DNA of 64,000 nt, taken from NCBI RefSeq assembly GCF_963921235.1, contig NC_086097.1:147252001-147316000 (forward strand), written 5' to 3'. The notes below the pieces were generated by a model that had not been told where the DNA came from, ran no database searches, and saw nothing but the letters and a program-made list of their open reading frames with translations. Positions 26,087 through 38,778 of the stretch are shown here, piece by piece. Position 1 is the first letter of the stretch; the number at the start of each line of letters is the position of its first letter. Both the position numbers and the translations under genes were made by a program. Source of the stretch: Mobula hypostoma. Its lineage: Eukaryota.

Positions 26087-26925
26087 CATGCCTTGAAAAA
26101 GTATTCAGGCCCCACAACTATTTTCACATTACACGTTCTCATTTTCGGAATTTTAAATAATTGAAGTAGAATTTTTTGAACTAATCTACAAAACATTGTG
26201 CATTATGTTAAATCTAATGAAAATTTTCAAAACTTGTCAACAGTTTACTAAAAATTAAAAACCAAAATTGTAAGGCTGAAAAAATATTCATCTCCTTTGT
26301 AACTACTACACTGACTTTCCGGTGCAATAGTGTATATTATCTTACAAATTCACCCAATGTGTTGACGTAGAAATTTGGAGGACCACCTGTTTTCAATGAA
26401 TTCATAAGAATAAAGACAAACACCCCCTCTATATGTAAGGTCCAGCAGTATAGTAGATTTTCAACAGACCAAACCAAAATGAACACAAAAGAACATTCAA
26501 AACTAGTCAGGGAAATGATAAAAATGAAGCATAAATCTAAGGAAGGGTACAAGACCATCTCAAAGGCACTGAACACACCTTGGAGCTCATCATGGAAAAG
26601 TGGAAAAATATGAAATTGCAGCCACACTGCCTAGGTCAGGCCTTCCTCTAAACTTAATCACTGGAGAAGAACGGCATTTGTAAGAGAGGCTGAGAGACCA
26701 ACAGTCACTCTGAGTGAACTGCAGAAGTCCAGCGGCTGCAACTGGAGATGAAGTTTGTGGCTTCAGAATCTCTAAAGCCTTGCACAAAAATGGTGTTTAT
26801 GGAAAAGTGGCAATGAAGAGCCCTGCCTACAAAAAAAGCATGTCCTTGCCCATAAGAAACTTTGCAAAGCATCACCTAGAAGATATTATAAAGATGTGGA
26901 AGAAAGTCGTGTGCTCGGATGAGAC
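26087..26925 (+). mobile_element. Tc1/mariner transposon, left part with degenerate transposase
   Basis: TA followed by a TIR-like CA(G)TGCCTTGAAAAAGTATTCAG. The transposase from ATG 26479 reads MNTKEHSKLVREMI..HKS.EGYKTISKAL.TPWS...RSGLP.KL..., then FAKHHL...MWKKVVCSDET (first catalytic D). Confidence 0.9.
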
Positions 26926-27170
26926 TATTCCTGCAGAAAGCAGAGGGTTGAGGGGGAGAAGAGGGAGGAGGTAAATATGCATTTGGTGGTAAGATCCTGT
27001 TCAAGATGGTGGAAGTTGCAGAGAATGATAGGTTGGATGTGGAGGCCCATGGGATGATAGGTGAGGAGAAGAGGAACTAAATCCCTGTTAGGGAGGCGTG
27101 AAGATGGGGTGAGCACAGATGTCCAGGAAGTGGAAGAGACGCAGGTGAGGGCAGCAACAATGGTGGGTCT
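26926..27170 (-). mobile_element. Penelope-like element internal fragment truncating the Tc1
   Basis: Minus-strand peptide NRDLVPLLLTYHPMGLHIQPIILCNFHHLEQD..TKCIF matches the Penelope linker also seen at 51960-52010. Confidence 0.75.
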
Positions 27171-27291
27171 CAGACTATTATTTCTTTTTCTCTTTCTCAA
27201 CTTGTACTAAATTTGTTATGTTCATTTTGCTGTTTACTTTTGTGCACATGTAAGTTATATATAATTGATACCAATTTGAGTTGATGTTAAC

Positions 27292-29300
27292 TGTTGTGTA
27301 ATTAATAATTCAGTAGCATTTAAGCAATATTGTAAATGTATTGTTTGATTATGCACTCTTGTTTGTTTAAATTGTTTGAATGTGGCTGAATTGAAGAGAT
27401 TGTATGATATTGTCAGTTGAAAATGGGTTTAATGATGCACCTGGAGATCATTTAGCTTGTGGAATTTTACAAGAAAGTATTTAAAAATGGCTCCTAATGG
27501 AAGCTCTACTTGCATTTCAAAGAGCAGTTGAAACTGCTGTACCATTGGAAACTGCAGACTGAGATGCAATTAAGAATGAAAGTAAGCATGAACAAAATTC
27601 CAACATCTAAACAGAAACAGACCTGGTCAAACAAATTGTTTTACCGTTTTGGCAAGGGCTCACAAACACCAGACCAATGCAGATTTAATGGTGAAACTTT
27701 CAGAAAATGCAACAAAGTAGGGAACAAACAAAGAGTATGTTGGGCAGACAAAAGTAAATGGATGCACAGAGAAAAGGAAAAGCTAAAACATCAAGTTGCA
27801 GTTTCAAAAACAAATTTGAGTGCTGCTGATGAAAAATCTGATAATGATGAGAGTGATACAGGACTGAGTAGCCTTGAGACTTATAATGTGAAGCTAACAA
27901 TAGACAGGCAATATGGCTTGCACCAGAATTGAATGGCAATTTAATTAAATGAGGATTGAACACTGGTTTGGCTGTTTCAGTCATTCCGTAAAATAAGTTT
28001 GAACAACATTTCAAAGATACTAAACTGAAGCCTTAAGATATCCAACCCAGAGCTTAATTTGGAGAAAAGAAAACTCCTGTGAGAATGAAATTTGTAACAG
28101 TGAAATACAACAACCAACAGCCATATTGGGCTTGTATGTGGTAAAAACAGGAGGGCTAGCATTGTGGGGACATGATTGGCTGAGACAACTGCTAGTTGAT
28201 TGGAGATCATGCAGCATGCACATCTCCTGCAAGAGAGTAAAAGTGAATTAAGAATGGTACTGGATGATGTTAAAACTGACTCTGTATTGTACACCAAGAA
28301 CCATTGCCCAGCAGAGGGCAAACAGGTGTTGGTGCCAACCTCTGTGCCTCTGGTGGGAATGCATATTGGATCAAGGAAGGATCATCCTGCTCAGGGGAAT
28401 TGTGAAAATGACCAAAAGCAGTGGTCCAACTCCCCACAGCTTTTGTAGGCGGTATATCAGAAAAGGCTTCTGATATGCTAATCAGGTGGTTACTTAAGAA
28501 ATGTGGCTTAGTTTTCATCTGGAAGAGAGTCCAAGGACCTTCAGGAAAGTTGCAAGCATTTGGTTTTTGTGAGTATAGAAAACCAGAATCTACTCTGTGT
28601 GCATTTAGAGAATTGCATGAACTTCAAGTGAGAGACAAAAAGCTGCTTGTAAAAGTAGATGCAAAGACCAAAGCCCCACTGGATGAATGGAATGCCAAAA
28701 AGAAAGGAGTCAGTGGTGATACAAAAACAGGGGATTCATCAGATGATGCTGTCGATGAGGAAACCAAAAGAGATCAGATCGTCAAGGGAAAAATAAAAGG
28801 ATAAATAAGAGAACTCCAGTGAACTAAATTCACCTTCCCAAGATCAAGATGTACAAACTAGAAGGGAAAAAGAAGGAGAAGAAATGTGTCTACAACTGTC
28901 AGAACCCATTTCCTGCTGTATCAGCGTCAACTCCTACAACCATAATGGTAGAGTGCCCAAAACCTGAAATGGTTTTATATCATGTACTGTGTTTGTCGTT
29001 CAGATGTGCTCTATATTGAGTTAAAGTTAATAGCTAAACAGGGAGGAATGTTGTGCACTTAATATTTCAGTAGCACTTGAGTAATATTGTAAATATATTG
29101 TTTGATTAAGCATTCTTGTTTGTTAAAATAATTCATTACGTGTCCTATGTAAAAATACTGTAAGCGAATTGCATATGTCATCACATTACCGTGTAATGTG
29201 TGTGCATCTTGCTTAAAGTAAACATGAAGTTAGAATCACAGTTTGGACTTCCATCTTTTCTTATTAATTAGTTAATGTTTTCAAGTTACAAGACATAAAA
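27292..29300 (+). mobile_element. Non-autonomous Gypsy-type LTR retrotransposon carrying a captured RBM25 fragment (copy 1)
   Basis: Partial 5' LTR TGTTGTG from 27292. Degenerate gag with two CCHC-like knuckles (about 27635-27740) and a protease-like motif (LNTG.AVSVI, about 27955). RBM25 cargo, PPT CAGGGAGGAA, and 3' LTR 29049-29300. TSD TTAAC at 27287-27291 and 29301-29305. Confidence 0.85.
28326..28884 (+). pseudogene. RBM25: Intron-less retrocopy fragment of RNA-binding motif protein 25 (RRM region)
   Basis: Translates, with frameshifts, to VLVPTSVPLVG.HIG.RKDHP..., FVGGISEKASDMLIRWLLKKCGLVFIWKRVQGPSGKLQAFGFCEYRKPESTL..F.ELHELQV.DKKLLVKVDAKTKA.LDEW.AKKK...DEETKRDQIVKG, then SSELNSPSQ...KKEKK. 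This matches vertebrate RBM25 as I recall it. Confidence 0.92.
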
Positions 29301-29699
29301 TTAACTCATGTTTTTTCTTATTTGTAATCAGATGAGCTGTTGCTGAAGAAATCTAATTTTCATCGTATTTGTATGCTATGTACGTATGTCTTTGATAATA
29401 AAGTAAAACCTGTTCTCAAAACTGCCTTCAAAATTCTTGTGGATATGAAATCTGCTAAATTAATACAAGTTTTACTTTGCTATGCATCAGAGTTTCCATT
29501 TTGTAGGGAAGATATACACTATTCCCAGTACCCTGGCTAATCAATATAAGAAGGTAAGTAAATGAGCTACCTTCATGAATTTTGTGTCTTATGCAAGTCC
29601 ATTTCCAATGTAAATTTACATTAGAATCTACATGTTATGATAGTAACCACACAAAATTAACTCTAATGTGCATTAATATCTGATAGATCCCAATTAATT

Positions 29700-32225
29700 A
29701 TTGAAAGAAATGGCTAGGGAGTAAGCAGATGATTTGATTACCATTTTCCAATATTCTATAAAACAGTTTGTGTAAAAAAGAGTGTGACAAATATCACCTT
29801 ATTATTCAAGAAAGGTGAGAGAGATAAACAAGGACTCAGCCATTAGCAAAAGAAAGACTTTGGAAAATGCTGATCTATAATACACAGTGAGATAAACAGT
29901 TGATTCAAAAGTAATGATATGATTGAGCAGAGTCGCCATAGATTTATGAAAAGGAAACCATGTTCGACTAATCTGATGAAGTTTTTTGAGAATGTACTTG
30001 AAGTAAAAGATGTGGCTGGAATGTGCTTGGATACTCAATAAGTTTTCAACAAGGTCCAACATAAGGTGTGGGTGAACAACGTTAGAGCACACAGAACTAG
30101 GTGCACTACACTGGCATAGAGTGAGTGTCAGTTAATAAAAGGTGAAAATCTAAGGATAAGACAAAAAGGGTCCTTCTCAGGTTGGCAGGCTGTAACTAGT
30201 GCTAAAGGAATTGTTGTCTGACCCCAGTTATTCACTGCCTGGTAGCCCTCCATTGGTTGGGCTCAAGCAGGAATGTTGCATCGTAGCTGTCTACGTAAAA
30301 GTCAACATAGTACTGCCTTAAGGACTCCAGCTCCGGATTTTTCCTTGGGGTTTACTCCTGAAGCCTTCCCCATGAGTGGGTACAGCAGCAAGGCAGCACC
30401 AGTTTGAGATCAGATTTTCATCTCCTAGCTGAACTGCTAACCTTGGCTAATGAACCCTATCTGCCCAGAATGACTGGTTTTAAGGCACTGGTAACCTGTC
30501 TTTGCACCTTCTATTGTCTGCATAAATGGTTCCATAAGGCTTAGTAGCTAAGGTACACCATGAGGCCAGGAGCCGGACATTGGTTTTCAGAGGCTGTTTG
30601 AGATGCATGGCATTGGGAGCATTTAATAGGTTGTCAGAGCTTATCTCCACTACACCCTACCCACCCCTACCCCCCAGCTATGCAACCTTAAGGAACTATA
30701 TTCACAACCTATATTAATTATTAAAGTAGGTGACTCAAATATATTCTAAATTTGCTGAAGAGATTAAATTAAATAGGAATGTGAGTATTGATGAGGATAC
30801 AAAGTCTTCAAAGCAATATCATCATGTTTTAAAGCAATGAAGCAGACCCTTCGAGCCGCCTTATCCATTTTGGCCCTTGAGAACCTATGTATTCTCAGCC
30901 CTTTTTCCAGCACTCAGCTCATTTTCTTTCAGGTCACAGTGTTTCAAGTTCCAATCTAAATATTTCCCAAATTGTGTGAGAGTTCTACAATTCCTTGAGT
31001 TAGGCAGTCTAACTTTCAACTCCTGAGATGAAAGTTGTTTCATCAGATCCACTCTAAAATTTATACTCATTATCTTTTACCCATGCCTTCCTGACTATAG
31101 GTACTTCTTACTGAGGAGTAAAATTCCTCATTGCCTCTCATAGTTTTGTATACCTCAGTCAGGTTGTTCCTTAGCCTACCCAATCACTCATCATAACTGA
31201 AGTCCTCCATCTTAGACAACATCATGTTGAGTCTACTCTCCAGTGCAATAACATCTTTACAACTGTATGGTGATGTGAGCTGCACATAGTACACTGGCTG
31301 TAGCCCAAATAATATTTTATATACTGCTCTGCTGGAGCTAAATGAACAAATAACATTGTGGCATACAGTCCAATGTAAGGTTATGCAGTTGGTCCGAACA
31401 TATGAAGTGTTAAGTATTTTTAAGTAGTGAGAGATTAGAACATCTTGATGTCAAAGAGACCTAACATTCTTGTACTTAAGCCATAGATAGCTAATATTCA
31501 TGTGCAGCTTAAAATTATGGAGACAAATAGCATGTTTACTGTAAAAAACAATTGAATATGTAACTAACAGGAATTCTGCAGATACTGGAAATTCAAGCAA
31601 CATACATCAAGGTTGCTGGTGAACGTAGGGCCTCGGCCTGAAACGTCGACTGTACCTCTTCCTAGAAATGCTGCCTGGCCTGCTGCATTCACCAGCAACT
31701 TTGAATATGTAACTCATGAGTAATATAGGGACTTGATGAGTTTATTTCGGAATATTGTGTGCAATTTTGTTCTCCTGTCCTCTGGAAGGATGTATTCATT
31801 ATTGTGCAGGTTTAACAAAGTTTCACCTTCGATAGGTCTGTCATATGAGAAGGGATTGAATGCCTGGTTTCTACTCCCCAGATTTGAGAAGACTGAAGGA
31901 TGATCTCATTGAAGTAGTTAAAATTTTTTAAAGGACTTCACAGGCTAGAACCTAGTAAAGAATATAGGACAAAGAACAATAGTCTCAAAATAAGAGGTAG
32001 GAGTTTTTGAATGAAATGAGAGGAAATCAAAGGTGGTAAATGTTTGGAATTCTTTACCCTGTCAAACTGTGGAGAGTTAATTGTTGCCTGCATTCAATTT
32101 AGAGCATGACATCTATATGCAGATTAAATAAATTAGGCTTTATGGCAGAAAATAATATTAAAGTAGAAGATAAACTATGATCGTATTGAATGACAAGAGC
32201 AGAGTCAAGGAGCTGAATGAATTTC
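29700..32225 (+). mobile_element. Degenerate CR1 LINE with nested insertions (about 30240-30700 repeat, about 30840-31320 antisense CR1, 31566-31700 Penelope piece)
   Basis: CR1 motifs (GFMKGKPC.TNL, GW.AVTS, KFA...KL) and a CR1-type 3' end at about 32180-32225. Confidence 0.7.
31566..31700. mobile_element. 135-bp fold-back Penelope terminal fragment
   Basis: Consists of an antisense and a sense piece of the Penelope terminus. 14-bp TSD TTGAATATGTAACT at 31552-31565 and 31701-31714. Confidence 0.85.
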
Positions 32226-32810
32226 TTCCCATCACTTATGTTTTTATCAAAAAAAGGACTATGAATTGCAGCATCCTACTGCTTAATAAATGCTAATATT
32301 ATTAAACGTGGTTTCAACAATGGGGTAAAGAACTGCATTTCAAACAAAATTGATCTGATTTTTATGTTTTCATTGGAATGCGTCTCTAAATGCATTCTTC
32401 CCATACAAACAGGCATGAGCACAGCAAAGGACAGAAAACTTGCAGCTGATTTACCTTGAAATTCGGGGTTCATTACCATAAACCTTCTTCACTTTACAAT
32501 ACATGAAAGCATTACTGCCTGTCATTGGTTAAATTGTAGTGCTGATGCATTGCAGCTATAAAATACTGATCCAAGTGAAGACACCATTGTTGAAACTCTG
32601 AGATGATTAACAGCACACTGTGTTCTTTTTGTAAATTCAGTTTTATGACATCAAGTTTCATTGCCTCTTACTTCTGTGTAATCATCAGTGTTTATTTCAC
32701 CTAGATGCAAGCTTTCACATAAGAATATCACAGGTGATTTCATATTTTGAAATATAGTCACCTTTGTATTATAGGCAAGTGAAGTGGCCAGTCAGAAGAA
32801 AAATCATTTA

Positions 32811-33570
32811 AACTCGAGGAATTCTGCAGATGCTGGAAATTCAAACAACACACATCAAAGTTGCTGGTGAACATAGCAGGCCAGTCAGCATCTCTAGCAA
32901 GAGGTACAGTCGACGTTTCGAGCTGAGACCCTTCGTCAGGACTAACTGAAAGAAGAGCTAGTAAGAGATTTGAAAGTGGGAGGGGGAGGGGGCTGCTTTG
33001 TCGAGCATCTTCACTCTATCCGCTGTACCAGCCAGGATTCCACTTGCCATTCCCACACTGCCATGTCTGTCCATGGTCTCCTCTCTTGCCATAATGACAA
33101 CATGGGTTGAAGGAGCAAAATTTCACATTCCGTCCAAGTAGTCTCCAACCTGATGGCATCAACGTTGACCTCTCCAACTCCACTCTGTTTTTCCTCATCC
33201 CTGCAGCCTTCTCATCCCTTCCTTTCCCCTCCCTGGCCTCATGACCCACCCATCTGGTTCTTCATGCCCCTTCCCTTTTATTCTGTGTCTACTCTGCTAT
33301 CAGATTCCTCCTTCAACAATCTGTCTCTTCCACCTATCCCCAGTTTCTCCCTTAAACTCCCTCCCCCATCCAACTGGACTCAACACCTTCTCCCTACCCC
33401 CACCACAACCTTCTTATTCAGGCTTCTGCCCACTTCCTTTCCAATCCTGATGAAGGGTCTCGGCCCACAACATTGACCGTTCATTTCCCTACATAGATGT
33501 CACCTGACCAGCTAAGCTCCACCAGAATTTTGTGTTACTCAAGATTTCCAATATCTGCAGAATAATTTGA
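32811..33570. mobile_element. Penelope-like fragments: antisense terminus (32811-about 32992) followed by an older sense GIY-YIG C-terminus and tail
   Basis: Matches 12216-12350 and 13080-13740. Includes the motif SLQPDG.NVD.SN. Confidence 0.8.
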
Positions 33571-33994
33571 TTTTCAAACTTTTAGTCTACATTTTATCAC
33601 TCCCCACCCCTACTTGGTATTTAAGGTAATATTTATAGGTTTACAAAGTAATGAAGACATAGACATGGTGGATGGTAAAAAAACAATTCTCCCAGACTGG
33701 AGTCTAAAACTGGAGATTTAAGGTGAGGGGGGAAAGGAAAATCATTTACTTAATGAGGTTACTCGCTGCCTGTATTTGGTTGCAGTTTATATAGCTGTAT
33801 AAACTGTTAAAATATGCAACATGGGTAGTTTATGTAACAATGGGCCAGATCAGACTGCACTCACACTTCCTGTCAAAGCCACAATAAACTATTGTAGTTT
33901 TCAAGCCTCACGGCTGCAGCCATTACAGAAGGTTTTCCAAGTACTCACAAACTAGCCATCAGCATGATCTAATCCACTGGGTTAGGTGCCACTG

Positions 33995-34520
33995 TCAAAG
34001 TTCAAAGTAAATTTATTAACAAGGTACAAATATGTCACCATATACAACCCTGAGATTAATTTTCTTATGGGCATACTCAGTAAATCCAAGAACCATAATG
34101 GAATCAATGAAGGACCACATCCAATACGGCAGACAAGCAACCAATGTGCAGAAGTCAACAAACTGTACAAATACAGAAAATAAACAGAAATAATAATAAT
34201 AAACAAAATAGCAATAAATATTGATAACGTGAGATGTAGAAAGTGAGTCCATAGATTGTGGGAACAGCTCAGTGATGGAGCAAGTGAAATTGAGTGAAGT
34301 TTGTCCCCACTGGTTCAAGAGCATGATGGTTGAGGGGTAATAACTATTCCTGAAACTGGAACAGAAACTGTTCCTGAGTCCCGAGACTCCTGTATCTTCG
34401 TCTCAATGGCAGCACTGAGAAGAGAGCATGGCCCGGGTGGCAGGGATCCCCAATGATGGTGGACACCGCCTTCCTGAGACAGCACTCAGTGTAGATGTGC
34501 TCAATGATGGGATCAAAGCT
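33995..34520 (-). mobile_element. Rex/Babar-type LINE 3' end
   Basis: TCAAAGTTCAAAGTAAATTTATT tail. Reverse complement of 6268-6613, plus the ORF-end region. Confidence 0.8.
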
Positions 34521-34527
34521 GTACCGT

Positions 34528-36305
34528 AGTAATAATTATTATAATAGTATCTTATTTTTAGAACACTTTTCATACAAATGATATAGTTCAAAGTGCTTTA
34601 CAAAGAGATAAAGTGCAAATATAAAAATAAGAGGCAAAATAATGTTAGTTAAAAGTAAGGTTAAATAAATAGGTTTTGAGCTGGCTTTTAATAGTGCCAG
34701 CTGAGTCTCCTTCCCTTCTAATTTTAGGTATTGAGTTCCGCAGTTTAGGAGCATTGTTAAAAAAGATGACCTGCCAATTTTCATTTGAGGGAAATTTAAA
34801 AGACTGGTAGAAGACCTGAGAGCTTTAGCAGGATTATAAAGTAAAAACAATTCTGTGATGTACATCAGTCTCAGACCATTGGGAGCTTTCAAAACAATTC
34901 TAAAAGACACTGGAAGACACTGCAGAGTAGCTAAGACTTGAGTGATATGCTCCTTCATCCTGATTTTAGTTAAAGATTAGCAGTGGTGTTCTGAATGAGT
35001 TGAAATTTGTCAATAATTGCTTTAGAAGGCCAGTAAAAAATGCATTGCAGTAATCTAGTCTATTCAATATAAAGGCGTGAATTAGTTTTTCAGCAGCATT
35101 ATGTGACGAAAACAGACGTACCTTAGTAATTATTTCTTAAGTATAGAAATGCTGCTCTGGTCACTTTCTTAAGTGAGACTTAAAATTCAAATCTGAATCA
35201 AGGATAACACCCAGGCTTGTTATTTCTGATTTTACAAGGGGAGCCAAGTTCCCAAGTTTATCAAGAAGTTTATCTCTTTTGGACTTGGGACCAACTAAAA
35301 GTATTTCAGTTTTAGCAAATTATTAATTATCGATTTGTTTAGAGCAGCCATACCAGAAGTCAGAAAAGATAGGTGCCTTGACCAAGATATATGATTGCAT
35401 GTCATCTGCATAACTGTGGAAATCAAGTTTTTATGTTCTTTAATGCACCAAAAGGTAAATTGTCTCTTAGAAAAATGGCCTCCGAGACTGACAAAAAAAA
35501 TTCTTTAAGATATATGAGTGAAACCAATTAATGGCGCTACCAGAGAGGCCAACCTAGTTCTCAAGGCGAACTAGGAGTACATTGTGATCATTTGTGTCAA
35601 AGATAACACTTAGATCTAGGAGAATCTAACTGAGACCTTGTTGACATCAGTGCTAATCATAAGATCTCCAACAATTTTGCTAGGGCCCACCTCTGTGCTC
35701 TAGTTTACTCTAAAACCTGAGTGAAACTTTTCTTGAATATTGTTCTCATTCAGAAAGTTTTCAATTGGTTTAAAATGACATTCTCTAGAATCTGGCCAAA
35801 ACAAATGGTATCAGTAATGCTGATTAATGGAACTATTAAAGTTACTCTCCCTGAATACAAATACTGAATATTGTAAGAATTGATATCAGCCTTAGATTGA
35901 ATCTCACTATCAAGTTTTGGCCTTTTAAGTAGGAGGCTTGACGGACGCAGTTTTGAAGGCATTTGAAAAAACTCTAGTTTCAAGGGATGCATCCAACAGA
36001 TTTGAAAAACACTACGAAAAAACTCTGTAAACGTGCCATGTCACCAACTACACTCTGTGGACACATTGCAGTGAATTTCAGAAAGAATAATTCAGAGGTT
36101 GGCTGCCTTTGGGAAGGACCTGCCTGCCTGTGTGGTCATAGGAACACAGTAAAGAAACATGTTTTTGCATACTTTAAGTACTTTGTTGATTCAAGAAATT
36201 CACATTCATCCATGGAATGAAAGAGAAAAAGTTATTCAGGAATAGTATCGGCAATGCTGATTAAACTATGAAATTTACTCTCCCTGAATACAAATACTGA
36301 ATGTG
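34528..36305 (-). mobile_element. L2 LINE, degenerate RT and 3' end
   Basis: Minus-strand peptides KEHITQVLATLQCLPVSFRI (L2 HITPVL..LHWLPV motif), ...SRLDYCNA.FTG, FH.YADD.Q.Y, LLDLS..FDT.DH and ILENV..NQL. Confidence 0.85.
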
Positions 36306-36792
36306 ACAACTCCCAATTAAGATAATGGATGCACATGCATTGAAAGTCAACAAGTGTTTGATTCAGTCAACATGATACAAAATGGGGCAAATAAAGATGT
36401 CCAAACCTTTGCATTTCCAGGCAAGCATCTCAATTGTCAGACTGGGAGAAGATGGAAACATGCTATAAAACTCTCAAATGAGTCCTTTTGAGAATTCTTT
36501 CTAATTAGAAATGAACCAGTTCTTCTCTTGCCACGAGGAGCAGGAAGAATCTTTCTCACCCCTCCTTAACCTGAGTTTCACAGACTTCCAACTGTCCTAA
36601 TTGAGGAAACCAGCACAGCAAAAGTCAAAAAATTAGCTTTTTCAAAGCATACCATACACCATATAGGACCATGAAGATTACATTTTTGCAAGTAGTCACT
36701 TCATCTGCACAAGTCTCTGATGGTATTCATGGTGATATGAAAAGATGCAGAAAGACAAATGGAGTTAGCCAGAAGAAAATTGGGTATCATTA

Positions 36793-37405
36793 CAAAGTTC
36801 AAAGTATAATGTAAAACTTATTATCAGAGTACATACATATTACCACATACAACCCTGAGATTCTTTTTCTGCGGGCATATTTAGCAAATCTATAGAACAG
36901 TAACTGTAAACTGTAAACAGCAGGGACTGTTATCTGTAAACAAACTGCAATTCAGGTATAAATAAATCGCAATAAGTAACAAGCCCTTAAGTGAGTATAG
37001 CTATCCCCTCTTGTTCAAGAGCCTGATGGCTGAGGACTAATAATTGTTCTTGAACCTGGTAGAGTGAGTCCTGATACACCTGTACCTTTGGACTGATGGG
37101 ACCAGCAAGAAAAGAACATGGCCTGGGTGCTGAGGATTTTTGATGATGGATGCTGCTTTTCTACGGCAATGGTTCATGTAAATGTGCTCAATGGTTGGGA
37201 GGGGTTTACCCATGATATACACCACCGAATCCACTATCTTCTGTAGGATTTTCCACTCAGATGCATTGGTGTTCTCATACCAGGCCATAATGCAGCCAAT
37301 CAGCACATCTTCCACCACACATACATCAAAGTTTGCCGAGGTTTTCAATGAGATGCTGAACCTCCACAAATCCTGAGAAAGTAGAGGCGCTGCTGTGCTT
37401 TCATT
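36793..37405 (-). mobile_element. Rex/Babar-type LINE 3' fragment
   Basis: ORF 37037-37369: VLIGCIMAWY.N.NASE.KILQKIVD...PLPTIEHIY..CRRKAASIIKNPQHPGH.LF.L.PS..RYR...TRFKNNY. Confidence 0.9.
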
Positions 37406-38778
37406 AAGTCATCACTGAAATGACAATGCTCAGACAATCAATTCAATTCAGCCACATGCGCTGAAATGGATTCCCCTCCATTTTGATTCTGCTTATGAAA
37501 CTGAAAGTGTTCTGCAATTAACAACAATTTTGGTTCTAAATGCAGTTGAAACGCAGTCAGACATTTGAATTTGGAAATAGCGCAGTGAAGAATGGTACTC
37601 AAAAATTGAGTATAAACAAGAACACAGCATGTGCTTCTTCAGGAAGAGGAGAGGCTGCTCAAATTTAAAAAAGGCAGGAAATGGACAAATTCACAGGTTT
37701 TTTAAACAGGTGGTACTAGGTGAAAATAATTATAGGTAAAAAAGCTACACCTGGAAGATAGATGGGTTCGATTGCACAAAAGATATTTGGATTTTGTATA
37801 CTAAACAAACTGAGCAATATTTTAAAGCAAGTGAAATAGCCACTGAGAAATAAGTACCAGTTTTGCAGAGTGCTTTGGACTTAAAGGCACACTGTATGCT
37901 TCAAAGTTTGACTCCTCCAACTAAACCTGCTGAAGTTACCTTTGCTGATATCATATCAGGGACGTTCAAAACCAAAACCATTGTTGATTGTAGAACACTT
38001 CCAGTTTCGTAAATGGAATCAAGAGGAAGGGGAGTCTATTTCAGTGCATATGACTGAATTGGACTCCAATATATCTGAGCAGTGATGGATTTAGAGAAGC
38101 ACTACGAAATTGTTCAGTTTTGTGGAATCTTACAAGAAAACATTCAGAAATGGCTCCTAACTGAAGCACAACTTACCTTTAAAAGAGCAGTTGAAATTGC
38201 TTTATCAATGGAAACAGCAGACAGAGATTGAATTGCACTCAGGAATGAAAGTGAGCGTGAGCAAATTTGCAATCTCTAAACAGAAGCAGGCAAACAAATT
38301 GCGATACCATTGTGGCAGGGGCTCACTTGTACCAGATAATGCAGACTTTAAGTCAAAACTTGAAAAAGATGCAACAAAGTAGGACACATATGAAGAGCAT
38401 GTCAGGTAGACAAAAAAAAACAGACTGCTCAGGAAAGAGAAAAAGATAAAAAGTCAAGTTGCAGTTTCAAAAAGAGCACTTTTCAAAATGAGTTTGAATA
38501 ACATTTCAAAGTCACTAAAGTGAAGCCTGCAGATATCCAAGTAAGAAATTATATTGGAGAAAAGATAACTCCTCTGGGAATGAAATTCATAACAGTGAAA
38601 TACAACACTGAATGAGTCACGTTTGGCTTGTATGTGGTAAAAAGAGAAAGACCAGGAGATCCATCCACGGTTTGCATGTCGCATCCTCTGTAATAGAATT
38701 AATTGAAATGAATTAAGAAAGGTACTGGATGATGCCACACTGTACACCATGAACTATTGGACAAGAGAGTGCAAACAG

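Noticed and set aside
28421..28804. Functional host RBM25 gene exon
   Set aside because: Intron-less, frameshifted on both sides, lacks the N-terminus and PWI domain, and is embedded between LTR-element sequences. It is a captured fragment, not the gene.
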